Origin: Cercozoa sp. M6MM
Taxonomy: Eukaryota; Protista; Endomyxa: Ascetosporea
DNA length: 64,000 bases
Strand: one strand, 5' to 3'
Assembly (NCBI GenBank): GCA_040357565.1
Contig: JBDODJ010000057.1
Below, piece by piece: positions 29,983 to 44,403 of the stretch (positions are counted from its first letter, which is position 1; every line of letters starts with the position of its first letter). Below the pieces are notes generated by a model. That model did no database searches. It was not told the origin of the DNA and worked only from the letters and a program-made list of their open reading frames with translations. Both the position numbers and the translations under genes were made by a program.

Positions 29983-30593
29983 GTTGGGTCAAACGGTAAA
30001 AACGCGTCCTAGGTCTCTCGGTCGGTTCTACTAGTCGTACACTCTCGTCAGTGTCGAAAGAACAAACCAATGCTGCGTGCTGAACGGAAAATCTATTTTC
30101 TCTAGTTTTGGGCCGTGCGGACTGGCTACAACTCCGCGCAGACACCAGCAGCGGCCCTGTCGTACCCACAGGTGGTTTCGCAGCGCCAGACACCCGGTAC
30201 AGCACTCTCCGTAAAACACGAGAAACGTCCCACTCAGCAAATGCACTGCTAGAATGGTGACGCAGACAGGCGCAGTGGCGTCCCACAGCATCACACAGTC
30301 CATGCGGCGCCACCAGACACGCGCCCCCACAACGGAGCAATTTTTTAATCAATTGGCCCTCATTTTTTATCAATTGGTGCTCATTCTGAGACACTTGTTG
30401 ACAGTAGACCACTATGGAAGCAGCCACCACAAGTGCGCTGCAATTCAAACAGCCCCGGCATACCGAAGTGTCTAATTGACAACGCTACAGCCACCAATTC
30501 GGCGCGGCGGAACTTTGTTTATTTTTGGCGTAGCCATGCAGTCGTTTCAGCACTTGTGCCCGGTGTCCTGCAGCCGCTCAGTGAGCCTCTGTG

Positions 30594-32950
<2,357 letters not shown>

Positions 32951-33077
32951 CACGATGCAGTGTGCTGCGCGTTGTACACATAGATGCGTTAGTAGGAACC
33001 ACAAACTGAAGGCAGCTCGTCTTCTGTCCGGGTGAATTTTAGATGCATGCAACGGCGGCTGTGGACTCGGAATCAAT

Positions 33078-35910
33078 CTGGTCGCATGCAAGATCTTCTT
33101 TTGCTGTCGAATTGCGCAGCAGACATGGCGTATCTTTCAGCCTTGTATTTGATGGCCTTGTCTAGTTTCAGTTTTTTTTTGCTCTTTTGGCTCAGTACGG
33201 CGACGCTACAGGCCTGCGTGTCTATGAACACTTCGCTGTGCGGCCCAAGTCCGCACACGCACAATCATCGTTTCCTCTTGACCTAAAAAAGATCAGGCAC
33301 TTTGAAAAGCGGCCTCAAACTGCGCGAGAACGCGTAATCTCACAAACCATACGGCGTGAAACGTGAGTTGTCCAATTACACCAATACCCCGAGAGCTGTT
33401 CACTGTCCTGCTGTTAATTTATCGACTTGCGTCTGTTCAGAAAAAAGCCGCCATTTTTGCCTGCAGGAAGCGCCTCAGAGAAACCAAAGAGGAGATCTCA
33501 AAGCACACAGTCGATTAAGAATGCGAGAAACAAGCGTACGACGAAGAAACTGCAAGTGATTGGAAACTCGAGCTCTCAGACCGCAACTGCCGAGAAGTAT
33601 CGACTGCAACAAGAACTGCCTCAAAACGACATCCTCACGGTTAACGTTTCGCAGCGTTCAACTACAACAAGAAAGGACAGTTCCGGCGACAAAAAATACG
33701 ATGACACTTGCGACATCTTACAATTGACTTCTGGCGGATTCACGTCGGAACGGTTCTCGCAGCGAATAGCACCTCTTCAACGCGGCGTTGAAGGCATCCG
33801 CATTCAGTCAGAAGCACCATTTATCAAAGCACTGCGTCTGCACCTCGCAAAGTCTGCGCTCGATGTTTCCGAGCATCAGCAACGAAGACTCGAGACTGCG
33901 TACACTGCATATACATAGCTGATGGTCAGGATGTACCGTAAGAGGCTTAAATTCCGCGATCATTATGCTCAGTATTGCCGTGCTGTTTCGAAACGCGCTG
34001 AAACAGAACACTCGACAACTACTGCACATGTTTGAAAAGGTACTGTACTCTAATGTTCGTTACTGTATGACTAATGATGGCATGGAGAGACTTAAATTAT
34101 TTGCAGTCACTGCCGCGAGAACCGCTAGTTCCTCCTCCACAGGAGCGAGTGAAGAAAAAGACGGCGTTTGAGGAACAGAAGGAACAGCGAATGAAACAGC
34201 AGAAAGTACAGCGATTAGAACGACTTCTCCAGGCACAAGTGGAGAGAGCAGATCGCGAGCGCAAAACTGTCGCAATGCTAAAACACAGGTAAATGACTGT
34301 ACCAAAGCACAGTGCCGTCGTGCGATAAATGTTGCAAGCTTGCTGCACTGTGTGCTTCATGTATCCCAGAGTAAAGCGACTGCAGCAAAGCTTGTTGGAA
34401 ACGTCCGGTGCGATGATCAAGGACAAGCTCAAGTATACTTGAATAACTCTTCTGCAATTTTGCGTGAGCGAAGTTTGGCTTTTCTCGCTGCATTTCTCTC
34501 GTAGACATCGCCGAGAGGACAGAAATATCAAACAGATGTGCCAGGAGTTTAAAACTTCTCAATTGGAAAGCACCGGCCTTAAAACCTCGCTGAAAACTGA
34601 GACAGAAATGAATGAGGAAGACAGCGTCGAGGACTTCGAATTCAAGGCGACCGAAGTTGACGACTCTCGTTTAGCGTTCTACGCTGAGGTCGTGCAACCC
34701 AACTCGAGCGAAATCAAGACAGAATCAAGGGAAGACACAGGCAACGACAAGGTTGTCCTTTCAAGCGGGTCACATCTTTGTGTCAATGGAGAAGCGCAGT
34801 CGCTTCGCAGGTGTAGGTCCGTCGACAGCTTTCCCAGACAGAGTGCTCTGCGTCACAGTAGAGCCAGCGAGCTTTCGCTTGAAGGACATGGCTTTTCTTC
34901 TCAAACGAAGACCAAACTGTCGGTAAACTACAACATAAACTGGAACTGAATATGCTGCTTTCCTGTGAGGTCAGTCTCAATCTTTGCTAGGTGTTGAATG
35001 CACTTTTGAGGAAAGACAGCGAAACACAGCGACACCACTTGTCTGACACGTGCGTCCTGGATAAAAACAGCTGATAGAAAAACCACGATTTGATTTGCTT
35101 TGCAGAGTGCAGCACACTGTGGTTGAAATGCGGCGTGTCATTGGAGAACGGTAAAGACATACAGTACCACTCATGCAAAAGGAAGATGTTGCAGTCATTT
35201 GTGCGAGTGTTCGTAGAGATGAATTGCAACGTCGCCTTCAACTCCAGCGGCAAGAACAAAGCGCCATACTCAAACGAATTCATCATCGACACCAAGAGGA
35301 GCTGCGTCTCCAGCGCGACAAAGCGCGAGTGCAGGTAAATACACATACAACACTGTATGCTGTACCACACGAGACTTGCATAACCTTGCTTCTCAGTTAG
35401 AGAAACTGACGAAGCAATACACGCAAGCTCGTGCCCGAATCCAGCAACTGGTACTGAAAATTTAGCCTGACCAAAGCCGCAGCGCGACTGAGGTTCGGTT
35501 TAAAACACTGTGTGCGATTGCAGGAAACGTCTGCAGACGTGAAAACTGCTCGTCGACTGGCCGAGTATTCGATCGAGGTGGCGACCCGCGTGCGCGAAGA
35601 CCTCGCTGCCGATGTGACATGTCGCGCCTGTCTGCGTCTGCTCGTTGATGCGCGTCTCATCGTACGGTGTGGACATGCGTTCTGCAGCCAGTGTCTCCAA
35701 CAACATCGCGGACGCTGTCCCGAGTGTCAGCCCGCCACCGACCGCGCTGCCACCAAGGACGTGTCGTCGGAGTCGTTCGAACTGCTTGCTCCGCGAGTTC
35801 AGCCACTGGACAATATCTCGACTCGTTTCTTGGTGTGGAAAAACACTCTCGATGGCCTTCGCAACGAACTGAAGAAGCGGTACGTCGTTGGACACCAACT
35901 ACTTTCGTAG
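33078..35910 (+). CDS. Coiled-coil protein with a C-terminal C3HC4 RING finger (start uncertain)
   Basis: Coiled-coil exons splice in frame to DVTCRACLRLLVDARLIVRCGHAFCSQCLQQHRGRCPEC. Confidence 0.65.
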
Positions 35911-36071
35911 TACAGTACCGGCGCCAGCGACGCCGTTCCGTTCAACAGTTAAAAATATCATGTTTCTAGTACTGTACAGTTCGAACGTTCGTCAGGCCGC
36001 CGTGCGATTGAAATCGAATACGTAATTGTAACTCATGGCGCAGTTTCGTACGGTACGTGCGCATGCATCGA

Positions 36072-37718
36072 TCAGAGTTCAGGTAGTGACATGCTCTCAA
36101 ATGGCCTCGTTTCCGACAATGCGGAGCGATGTGCCACGATGAGGTAGCACGGCGACATGAGTCCTGCCTTTCCTGCTCGCACCAACGTGTCTCTGAATCA
36201 GCCAAGCAACAAACACATCAAAAGATCAACCGACTATTTGAGATACGAAGGGGTTGTACCTCATCCTGACAAGCTGTTCGAAGTTATGTTTTGCGCTCTG
36301 CGAGATGAGTCGAAATGTTCGCAGTGTACGCACCCTAAACAAAGCAACGACACTCATGTTCCAACTGAGAAGAGAGTGCGTGTACACAAAGGCGAGGGAA
36401 TCGAGTGTTGTGCGCGAATGCAGCCACGTCTCGGCGTCCCAGCCACCGCAGCACCGAAGGCGACGATCCAGCGACGAATACCACGGCATGTCACCAAAGT
36501 TGCCCATGTCGTACTACGTGCCAGTGCACCACAACGTTCTACTTCTACGATTGACAACTTGAGAAACCTTACGTGTGTGTCGATCGTCAAACCACTCGCT
36601 CGAACGAGATCAATCAAGTCTACCAACAGCTTTCTTGCTTCACGAAAAAACAAAGGGCAACATACCGAAAGCATGAATCAACGGTGGGATTCGCAACATC
36701 GGAAGTTGCATTGTCTTCCTTCGGCCACCTGGCGATGAGGCAAACTCGTTCTGCTGCGGCAGTAACAACCAGTCGCATACGACGAGTCGACCTTGCGGCC
36801 GAAGGACACGGCGGATTTCCGCCAGTAGCTTTCGCTTTTGCCTAACCAGTGATGTACTGCTATCTAGAAAGGGAAACGGGAGAAAGCTTCACTTACGCGA
36901 AAGGCAGTTCGTAAACACTCTCGAGAGAAATCACGCCGTCCACAGTGCCTGGTTTCAACAAAGTAACTCAATTCAGTAACGGGAGTGCAGACAAAGAAAT
37001 AATATCAATACCATCTTCAACAAACGAGAGATCGCACATGTCGCTGCGATGAGTTAATGAAGCAAAGTGAAAGAAAGTTTCAAGACAAGACGAAAATCGG
37101 AAAGGAAACAAGAATACTATACCCGTGATGTACTGCTATCCTATCCTGCAGTCCTACCTGTTCCACGCAATTTCTCGCTTCCTCCACCTAAACCGCAGGA
37201 TTGAGGTCAATGTCAATGCCGCCCGCGCGGAAGAGAAAACTGACCTGATGCAGTTGCTTATTGACGGCGACAATCCGACAAGTTCGCAAAAAGCGGGCAA
37301 AGCGGATAGCCGGTGCGCAAATGCCACAACCAAGGTCCTAATTGTGCAAACTTGACTGCTGTTGGTGACGCAAGAAGGGAGGGAAGTTCAACATGCGCAC
37401 CAGCAGCAAGCCGTCCTCCGGAAGCTGCAGATGCGTTGCAAGTGCGTGCTCATGTCTCAGCTAAACCCAGGAATGTAATTTTCAGTGCACAGTGGTATCT
37501 CTGGAAACGAAAACCTGCGCTTCGGCAAAGCTTTCGCCTGTATCTCGAGGCGCAAAGTGAAAGGCAGGCGACCAGCCGGTTTTGAAAGCAGATGTCGCTT
37601 TGCGTTCTGCTGCTTCTCCTTTAACACCCATGCTAGATACACGCCGATCAACTGCCTCTAGCCGAGTATTGCATGAAAGGGAGATGAAACAATTGCTTAT
37701 CAGTTTAGCCAGATGCAT
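36072..37718 (-). CDS. Divergent sterol 24-C-methyltransferase-like protein (SMT/ERG6 family); start at 37718 or 37631
   Basis: Spliced GWSPAFHFAPRDTGESFAEAQLRHEHALATHL, LLDLGCGICAPAIRFARF, HHGDMCDLSF, TVDGVISLES, EIRRVLRPQGRLVVCDW, DMPWYSSL and LVRAGKAGLMSPCYLIVAHR, all colinear with SMT family motifs. Confidence 0.82.
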
Positions 37719-37768
37719 GACCTGGTCGCTTTGAGTGATCTAATTTACTAAAACAGAGCCTAAGTAGA

Positions 37769-39475
37769 ATGAGAAGACACTTGGTGCAGCGTCGTAGCAT
37801 TGCATTCATATTCCCCGGACAAGGTCGCTGCCACTTTCTGGGTACTCTTTTTTGTGCAGACTTGGGTGCTGTTGTACAGGCGCGCAGCATGTCGGCATGG
37901 CTCGCGACTTGCACGAACACAGCGCCGCTGCCAGGTACGCATGTTATCCGGTTGCCTTCAGTACGGGCAAGTGTCCCGTTCAGACTGGTGATGGAGCAAG
38001 CCGATCGTATTCTGAAGCGTTCGCTGTCGCACACGATGTTCCAGGGGCCTTCCGAGAGACTGAATCGCACAGAGAATGTACCAGTGTGACAAAGGCACTG
38101 TCCATGTGTCGATTGGTGTGTGATACGCGTTGTGTGAGTGCAGGCACAGCCGGCACTCTTTGTGCACTCGGCCATGGCGATGGCGGCGCTGCAAGAGACG
38201 CTGCTGGAGAGTGGTGCCTTTTCTCTGCGTCTCCATGTTGTTTTCTCCACTCCCTGTGCACTGTTTGCTCTTTTAATTTTGCTCCCCTCCCTGTACAGAC
38301 GTGCCAGACGAGGTGTGGCGCAACGAGAGCGTGTACGCCGGTCACTCGCTCGGCGAGTTCTCGGCGCTGCACGCCGCCGGGTGTCTAGACTTTGGTACCC
38401 TCACACTGGCACGTGGTGATCGTCGAATGATCAGTGGTCACTGAGTGTTCACAAAGTGACCACACACAAGTGTGGGTGTGCAGAAACGGCGCTGCGACTG
38501 GTGCAGGTGCGCGCCGGTGCCATGCAGGAGTGCTGCGACCGTCACGCCGGCAGTATGGCCGTGCTGATGCCGGTGACTGATGTCGATGCCATTCACCGTC
38601 TCTGTACTGAGATCACGTGCGATCAAAGTGATCACAGTGATCAAAATGATCGAGTGGTCACTGTGGCCAATATCAACACGGCCGCGCAGGTCGTCGTCAG
38701 TGGACATCGCGACTGCGTCGAACGCGCCATGCGACTGGCCAAAGGTTTTACCCCCTTGTTCCATTTTACCCCCCCCCCGATTTATTCTCTGACCTTGGTT
38801 TGCACAGAACGAAGGAAGCAAACCGGCGTGCGAAAGGCGACGCTGCTGCCCGTGTCCGGTGCCTTCCACAGTCCTCACATGCAGGTGTGTGTACCGCCTG
38901 AGTCTCTCTTCACCTCTCTCTTTACCCCTCTCTTTACTCCTCTCTTTATGTCTCTCTTTACCCCCTCTATACCTCCCTCTATACCCCCTCTATACCCCTC
39001 TTTACCCCCTCTATACCCCTCTTTATACCCTCTCTATACCCCCCTCTTACCGCCCTCCAACCCCCCCCCCACAGGAGGCCGTACGCGTGATGACCGACAC
39101 ACTGGCGGACACAGAGTTCGCCGACATCGATGCCGCCACGCTCGTGCTGTCGTCGTCGACGGCGCGGCACTTCCGCGCGGACGCAGATGAGTTGCGACAA
39201 CAGCTGGCGCAGCAGGTGGTGCAGCCCGTGCGGTGGCAGCAGTGCACCGAGCTGCTGTGCCGCGACAACGACCTCGTCGTACAGGTCGGCACTGGCGACG
39301 CCTTGTGCGCCATGACGAAACGCACGTGTCCCAACACGGAAACCTTGTAGGTTGTCCTGTACCCCTACCCTCTCCCTATCCCATGTATGCTGCTGATACT
39401 GGTACCTCTTGCTTGCTCAGTGCCATCTCGACCGCCGATGATGTTCGCGAGCTCGCATGGTGTTTCTTGGCTTAG
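37769..39475 (+). CDS. MCAT: Malonyl-CoA:ACP transacylase (FabD-type, probably mitochondrial)
   Basis: FIFPGQGAQHVGM, TENAQPALF, AGHSLGEFSAL, VANIN...QVVVSG, LPVSGAFHSPHM and QVVQPVRW. Short basic N-terminus MRRHLVQRRS. Confidence 0.95.
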
Positions 39476-39905
39476 TGTACATGTTACAAGTGTGTTACGG
39501 CATTGCGTTTCTCAACCAGTCAAGTTGTCATCTGACTACTCGTCAGCGCGGACGATATAATCTGAACCAGTAGTGCAGGATTTGCTTTGCTAGGTATCTC
39601 CTGCATTACGTCCTGAGGCTTCTACCTTGCATTGTTAAGTGTTGTGCAGACCTGACTTCCTAGCTTGGGTCAAGCTTTCTACAGCTCACGCACTTTAACT
39701 GCAGATATCTCTTCCCCAGCTTTGACCCTTCGCACTTGATACGCCGTGATAGTCGTTTTACTTCCTTTATTTAGTCGTCTTCAATACCTTAGTTACTGGT
39801 TTCCATACCGTAACACGAACAGTTTTGGCTGGACTGACGTGACTATTTCTACTCGTACAGTAAGGAACCTATTTAAAGGTCAACGAGAAGCGAAAGAAGG
39901 CGGGG

Positions 39906-40620
39906 TCAGGAGGCAGCAGCATTGTGCGGCGGCAGCTCGGAGGCAGGCGTCGCGTTGAGCACGGTCTGCGCCGTCGCTGCTGTCGCTCCTGAGGCGGCCA
40001 GAAGCTGCGTCATGTCGCTCAGTTTCTCCTCGCGTTGCTGCGGCAGAAACACACACGAACGTCAATCTTTTGATCCTCTCGCTTTTTTTTTACGAGTTAA
40101 GTTGCTTGCTCATATACGGTATCGTTAAGTAGTGGCCGCCCAGGGTCTCGCTGTAGCACCGGCAACAGTCGCGTGTCCTCTATCCAAACATGCGTGCGTT
40201 AGACCCACCTCACTGATTCCCAGACCGCCAGAGTGAACCGCAAACAACCATGGTCGGCATAGCGATCGTTGCCTTGTGCGCTTCGTTTCGTCTCTCTCTT
40301 TTTGCTGTTCTGGTCAGAGCAAAAAACAAGGACTGGTGACTCATGACTGAACTCGTGTCGCGATCAGACACACCTCTGGGAGTGAGCCCATGTCGACATT
40401 ACGCCGAGCCAACTGCTCCGGCTCTTGCACGAACTCGAAAAGCGCCGTTGAGTCGTTCAGACTGCATGTACAGTCAACGGTCAAAACGAACAACAACCCC
40501 GCCGACACAGAAGGACGCTTACGTCGGAGCACAGTAGCGTGCGACGTCCTCGCGCAGCTGAAAGGCGCCCAGCAGGTCCTCATGGCCACGCAGGCCGGCC
40601 GCAGCTGACGGGAGCGACAT
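39906..40620 (-). CDS. Small hypothetical protein with weak Med19-like similarity
   Basis: A five-exon in-frame model reads MSLPSAAAGLRGHEDLLGAFQLREDVARYCAP...NAAAS*. Confidence 0.55.
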
Positions 40621-40873
40621 CTACGTCACACAACATCAACATTAGTCACGCAGAAAACGGACTGGCACACCAGCGAGTCGACCAAAAAGACAGGAAGCCT
40701 TCCTGCAGAAATTAGTGCTCTTGTCACGAGTACTACTGGCCCTCTATCGCAAGCACGGACGGACACACACTAAACCTACAGTAAAGTACTGCTTGCTCGC
40801 ACTGGGGGGGGGGGGGTGTCCCAGTGCAACATTTGCTTGTCCTGTCAGACAAGGTGAGTTTGGGTGAGCCCAA

Positions 40874-41155
40874 ATGGCGAGCAGCGATGACGACGAGCGC
40901 GCCTTGGATGCAGCCATCGCGCAGGTTCTGCTGCTGCGGCAGTCGCTGAATGATGGCATCGCACTGGCCGCCGGCGGCCGAGGCAGCGCAGCCGAGTTGG
41001 ACCACTGGCAGCACGAGGCGCAGCAGCAAGTGACGCGACTCGTCGAATCGATCCAAGCGGCTACTCTGGTCGAACAGCAGATCAAGAAACGCGAGCAGCT
41101 TCTCTCGACGACCGACAAGGACGCCGACGTGTCCTACGAACTGCCGACGTCGTAG
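40874..41155 (+). CDS. Single-exon 93-aa helical hypothetical protein
   Basis: GC3-rich codon usage like neighbouring exons; divergent partner of the gene starting at 40620. Confidence 0.6.
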   Translation: MASSDDDERALDAAIAQVLLLRQSLNDGIALAAGGRGSAAELDHWQHEAQQQVTRLVESIQAATLVEQQIKKREQLLSTTDKDADVSYELPTS

Positions 41156-41355
41156 ACTCGTTGCTTAGGTTTACTACGCTACGCTAGGACATGCATGTTC
41201 GGTTGGTTTTAACTGCGAGTACGTCTACGGATACAGTAAAGAAGAACCGGATGATGATTAACGTATCCATGTCGACGGATACAGTACTGTATCAACGGAT
41301 GCCTGGATGCATTGCGTGTACAGTACACTGAGTTTTGATCGCTCTGTCTTTTTTG

Positions 41356-42122
41356 CTACAGTCCTGTACGATGCTGGCACTGGAATTGAATGAATCTGGG
41401 AAAGAAACGACGACGTCGTGCTAATTGCCGACCAAGAGACACGGTGCTAGTAGTGTGGTGGTAGTTAAGTACTGATACTATAACTGGAGTCGGTAACCAC
41501 GACATGATGAGCTCTGTCATGCAGCTTCTGTACTGCGGTAGTGCCGATAAAGACTCCAGGACTTTATATTTCGGTTCCAACACTTCTGTAAATTATGTTC
41601 ATTGAAGAGTAAAACCAGGCGGTAACTGGTCGTAGATCGCGTTAGGTATTTTAAGCACTACATAGTCTGTCCAAACACGGAAGGAGAATACAATCAATAT
41701 ACGATCATGTATTCGCAGACACTGCTGTAAATTTACCTGAGCGCGAAGCACGCGAGGTTCGTGAGTCCGAACGCTCGGTACTCTGCCTTTTGTTGTACAC
41801 ACCGCGAGGATTCCGCTGGATGCGAGAATCGTCGCTGCTCGCAGAGGCGACATGGAGGTTCCTTGCCGCACCGCACCGCAGCGATGGCAGGACAGGTGGT
41901 GTGTCTTCAGAGCACTGACTCGTGCTCGTGTCGGTGGCCGTGTTGCGGCGCTTAGACTTGATCTCACTGACTTTTTCGCCGCCACCTCGCAGGCGTCCAG
42001 TTCGCTCAATATGACGTATTCCGGCTGCAGCACAGATACACACGCAGACCAGCACGATCACCAGCAGGATCGGTATCACTACGCAAGTTTCAGGATGTCC
42101 AGTTGACACACACACACACACA

Positions 42123-42186
<64 letters not shown>

Positions 42187-43053
42187 CACACACACGCACA
42201 GGGAAAGTTATTGTCGTCATGTCCTGTACAGTACCGCAATCGAGTATGCTGTAAAAGAATCCCTCAGTTGACCTCTCCTCCATGTGTTGAGGCGACACAA
42301 GCGTGTGTCGTTTCGCGTGCCGTCTGTGACCGCGACTCACGTCGGGCCCGCCTTTTCTCCGCCTTTGTGGCCTCTCGGGCGGAGGAACAGCAGGCCGGGT
42401 TTCGGGAACTTCCATGGCAGAATGCGTTGGCGCGACTGCTAGATGCCGCGGAACGTACACTTGTGTCCTTTCCCCACGTACTCTAAAATGGCAATCGTCT
42501 CAACACGCGTACGTAGACGACTCAACATAAGAACAATCTTACACTCCTGGGACAGCGATGTATTCAACGGGTTCCGAGTTTGGACTCGAAACGGACCGTA
42601 CGTGCACTGGAGCCTCACGAGGTCGGTTCTCTTCGCTTTGCTCGCTCGCCCTGACTGCGGGTGCTCCCTGTTGCACTGTCTGCTCAGAGACAACAGCGCG
42701 TACACGAGTACATCGGGCGATTTGACCATCGTAACCGCGACTCACCCTGCTGCCGATGCGGCCGTACGACAATGATTGCACGCGCCCCAATCTCACCTGT
42801 ACGGTAGGTGTCAATATAAGTGACAAGTCAGAATCGATGGACCATCGACACGATATGTAAAGCCTCAACATCGTGGTTTGACAGTGACAACAGGCACCGA
42901 CTGTACCTGATCAACATCAGCAGTCATGGCATCAGCAAGCACGTGTGACTTGAAGAAACACATCGTCAACAGCGCAACGAGCCAGCGCTGACGTCGCCGT
43001 CGACACTGGAAACGTCTGGGCCTAAGTTCGCGCATATCACAGGCACACAGCAT
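41356..43053 (-). CDS. Multi-exon hypothetical protein (boundaries approximate)
   Basis: A chain of minus-strand open segments bounded by GT/AG, with a sense-strand (TG)n intron. No family was recognised. Confidence 0.4.
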
Positions 43054-43474
43054 GAACTTCGCCTGCTCTGCAATCTAGACTTAGATTCCAGTTTGTGTCG
43101 CAAAACGAATGCACACATGCGACATTTCGGACTTTCTGGCAAAACTGCTTCACAAACTCAACTGAAAGTGAACCCTCGCTCTCGCCCCCCCCCCAAATTT
43201 AGTTCACATTCGAGTTGACAGTCGACAAATTCAGTCAGTTTAAATAATTAAGTGAGTGCTCTCCAGTATTTGAAGTTTACAGGTAAGAACTGTGCGCGAC
43301 TTGACGTACTTCCACAGTGCCTGAGTGTAAACTAAGGCAGTTCGGATCTGTCGAGCGTGTGGACATCAATCATTAAGGATTGGAAATCAATGATTCCCCT
43401 TAAACCTACTACATGCACAGTCTGTTAACACGACACAGTACTCGACTGGAATCGGTGGTAAAATCGGGTGGTGA

Positions 43475-44128
43475 CTAGTGCACGGACTCAGTAATAGCGC
43501 TGGAAGCCGAAGCGGACGCAACGTCACCCGTCGACTCGTCGTACATGCGCAGATCGTCGGGCGAGCTGACCACAGGAGCCTCGGGCGGACAATCAGCGTC
43601 GCCGGGCAAAAACACCACAGTGACAGGCTGATACTTGGCGAGCTCGTCCTCGAGGATGCCGCGAATGCGCGTCCAGTCGCCTCCGCCGAGACCGGCGCCG
43701 ATCTTGGGCAGGCCGACGTGCGTGCCCGGGAACTGCTGTCTCACCTGCCGGATGCAGTGCCGCACGGCCTCGTAGTCGGTCAGACTGCCCGAGAAACCTC
43801 GTGGCCGACGCCAGTGATCTTGCGTGTACGCATTGACGACATGCAGCGGGATATTTTCAATGTAGGCCGACGAGATCGTGCCGAGTTTGCCGGCATCTCC
43901 CTGTCAAAGTACGTCCAGTCAGGCATTGTGACTGGCAGCCTCTTTTGTTACCTTTGGAGTGGCACAATCGGCTCGAAATGCCGCTGGAAAACGCTTCTTG
44001 ATGGCCAGTGCGATGCCTTTGCCCATGCTGCACTGGCAGTTGCAGCCGTGCACGATGACATCGAAGGCGCCTTGCTCGGCCAGCTCGATGAGATCGCCAC
44101 GAACCAGTCGCAGAGCACGTTGGGCCAT
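43475..44128 (-). CDS. Macrodomain protein of the compact Poa1p/TARG1-like bacterial/phage type
   Basis: LVRGDLIELAEQGAFDVIVHGCNCQCSMGKGIALAIKKRFP, VVNAYTQ, DYEAVRHC and GLPKIGAGLGGGDW. One 51-nt intron at 43901-43951. Confidence 0.9.
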
Positions 44129-44403
44129 TGTGTCCAAATCACAAATGCCAAACCACTAAAGTACCCATGACAGCTTTTAGTGACTGTACAGTACAAAATG
44201 GGCGCTGTGCAAAATATAAAACTTGTCGATCAAAACAACTACAGTACTACAGGCACTACTGTTGTGTGTCTGTGAGTCAGCGTGTGTTTTCTGTTTCCCT
44301 AAGCTTACTGAAACACGAGGAGACTGTGGTGTTTGAGTTCTATTTTTTCTGTTAGTGTATCGTTAGGTTGCTGGGTTGACGTGGAGTGATTTGCAGGTGT
44401 CCC

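Noticed and set aside
37117-37157. A 41-nt intron sharing its 3' end with a neighbouring intron (introner-like family)
   Set aside because: SMT homology (VGLQDRIAVHHGD) shows most of this stretch is exon, so it was reinterpreted as an exon-to-intron copy.
38885-39074. Interstitial telomeric repeats
   Set aside because: The G-strand unit is GGGTAAA/GGGTAGA, not TTAGGG or TTTAGGG. It is degenerate and follows gene orientation; the organism's true telomere repeat is unknown.
41251-41331. C/D box snoRNA (ATGATGA ... CTGA)
   Set aside because: The terminal stem is weak and I recognise no rRNA-complementary guide. It needs snoscan or small-RNA data.
44198-44275. CHTOP-like start at 44198, implying a 69-bp bidirectional promoter
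   Set aside because: The in-frame model starts at 44404, and I could not join the upstream ATG to it.
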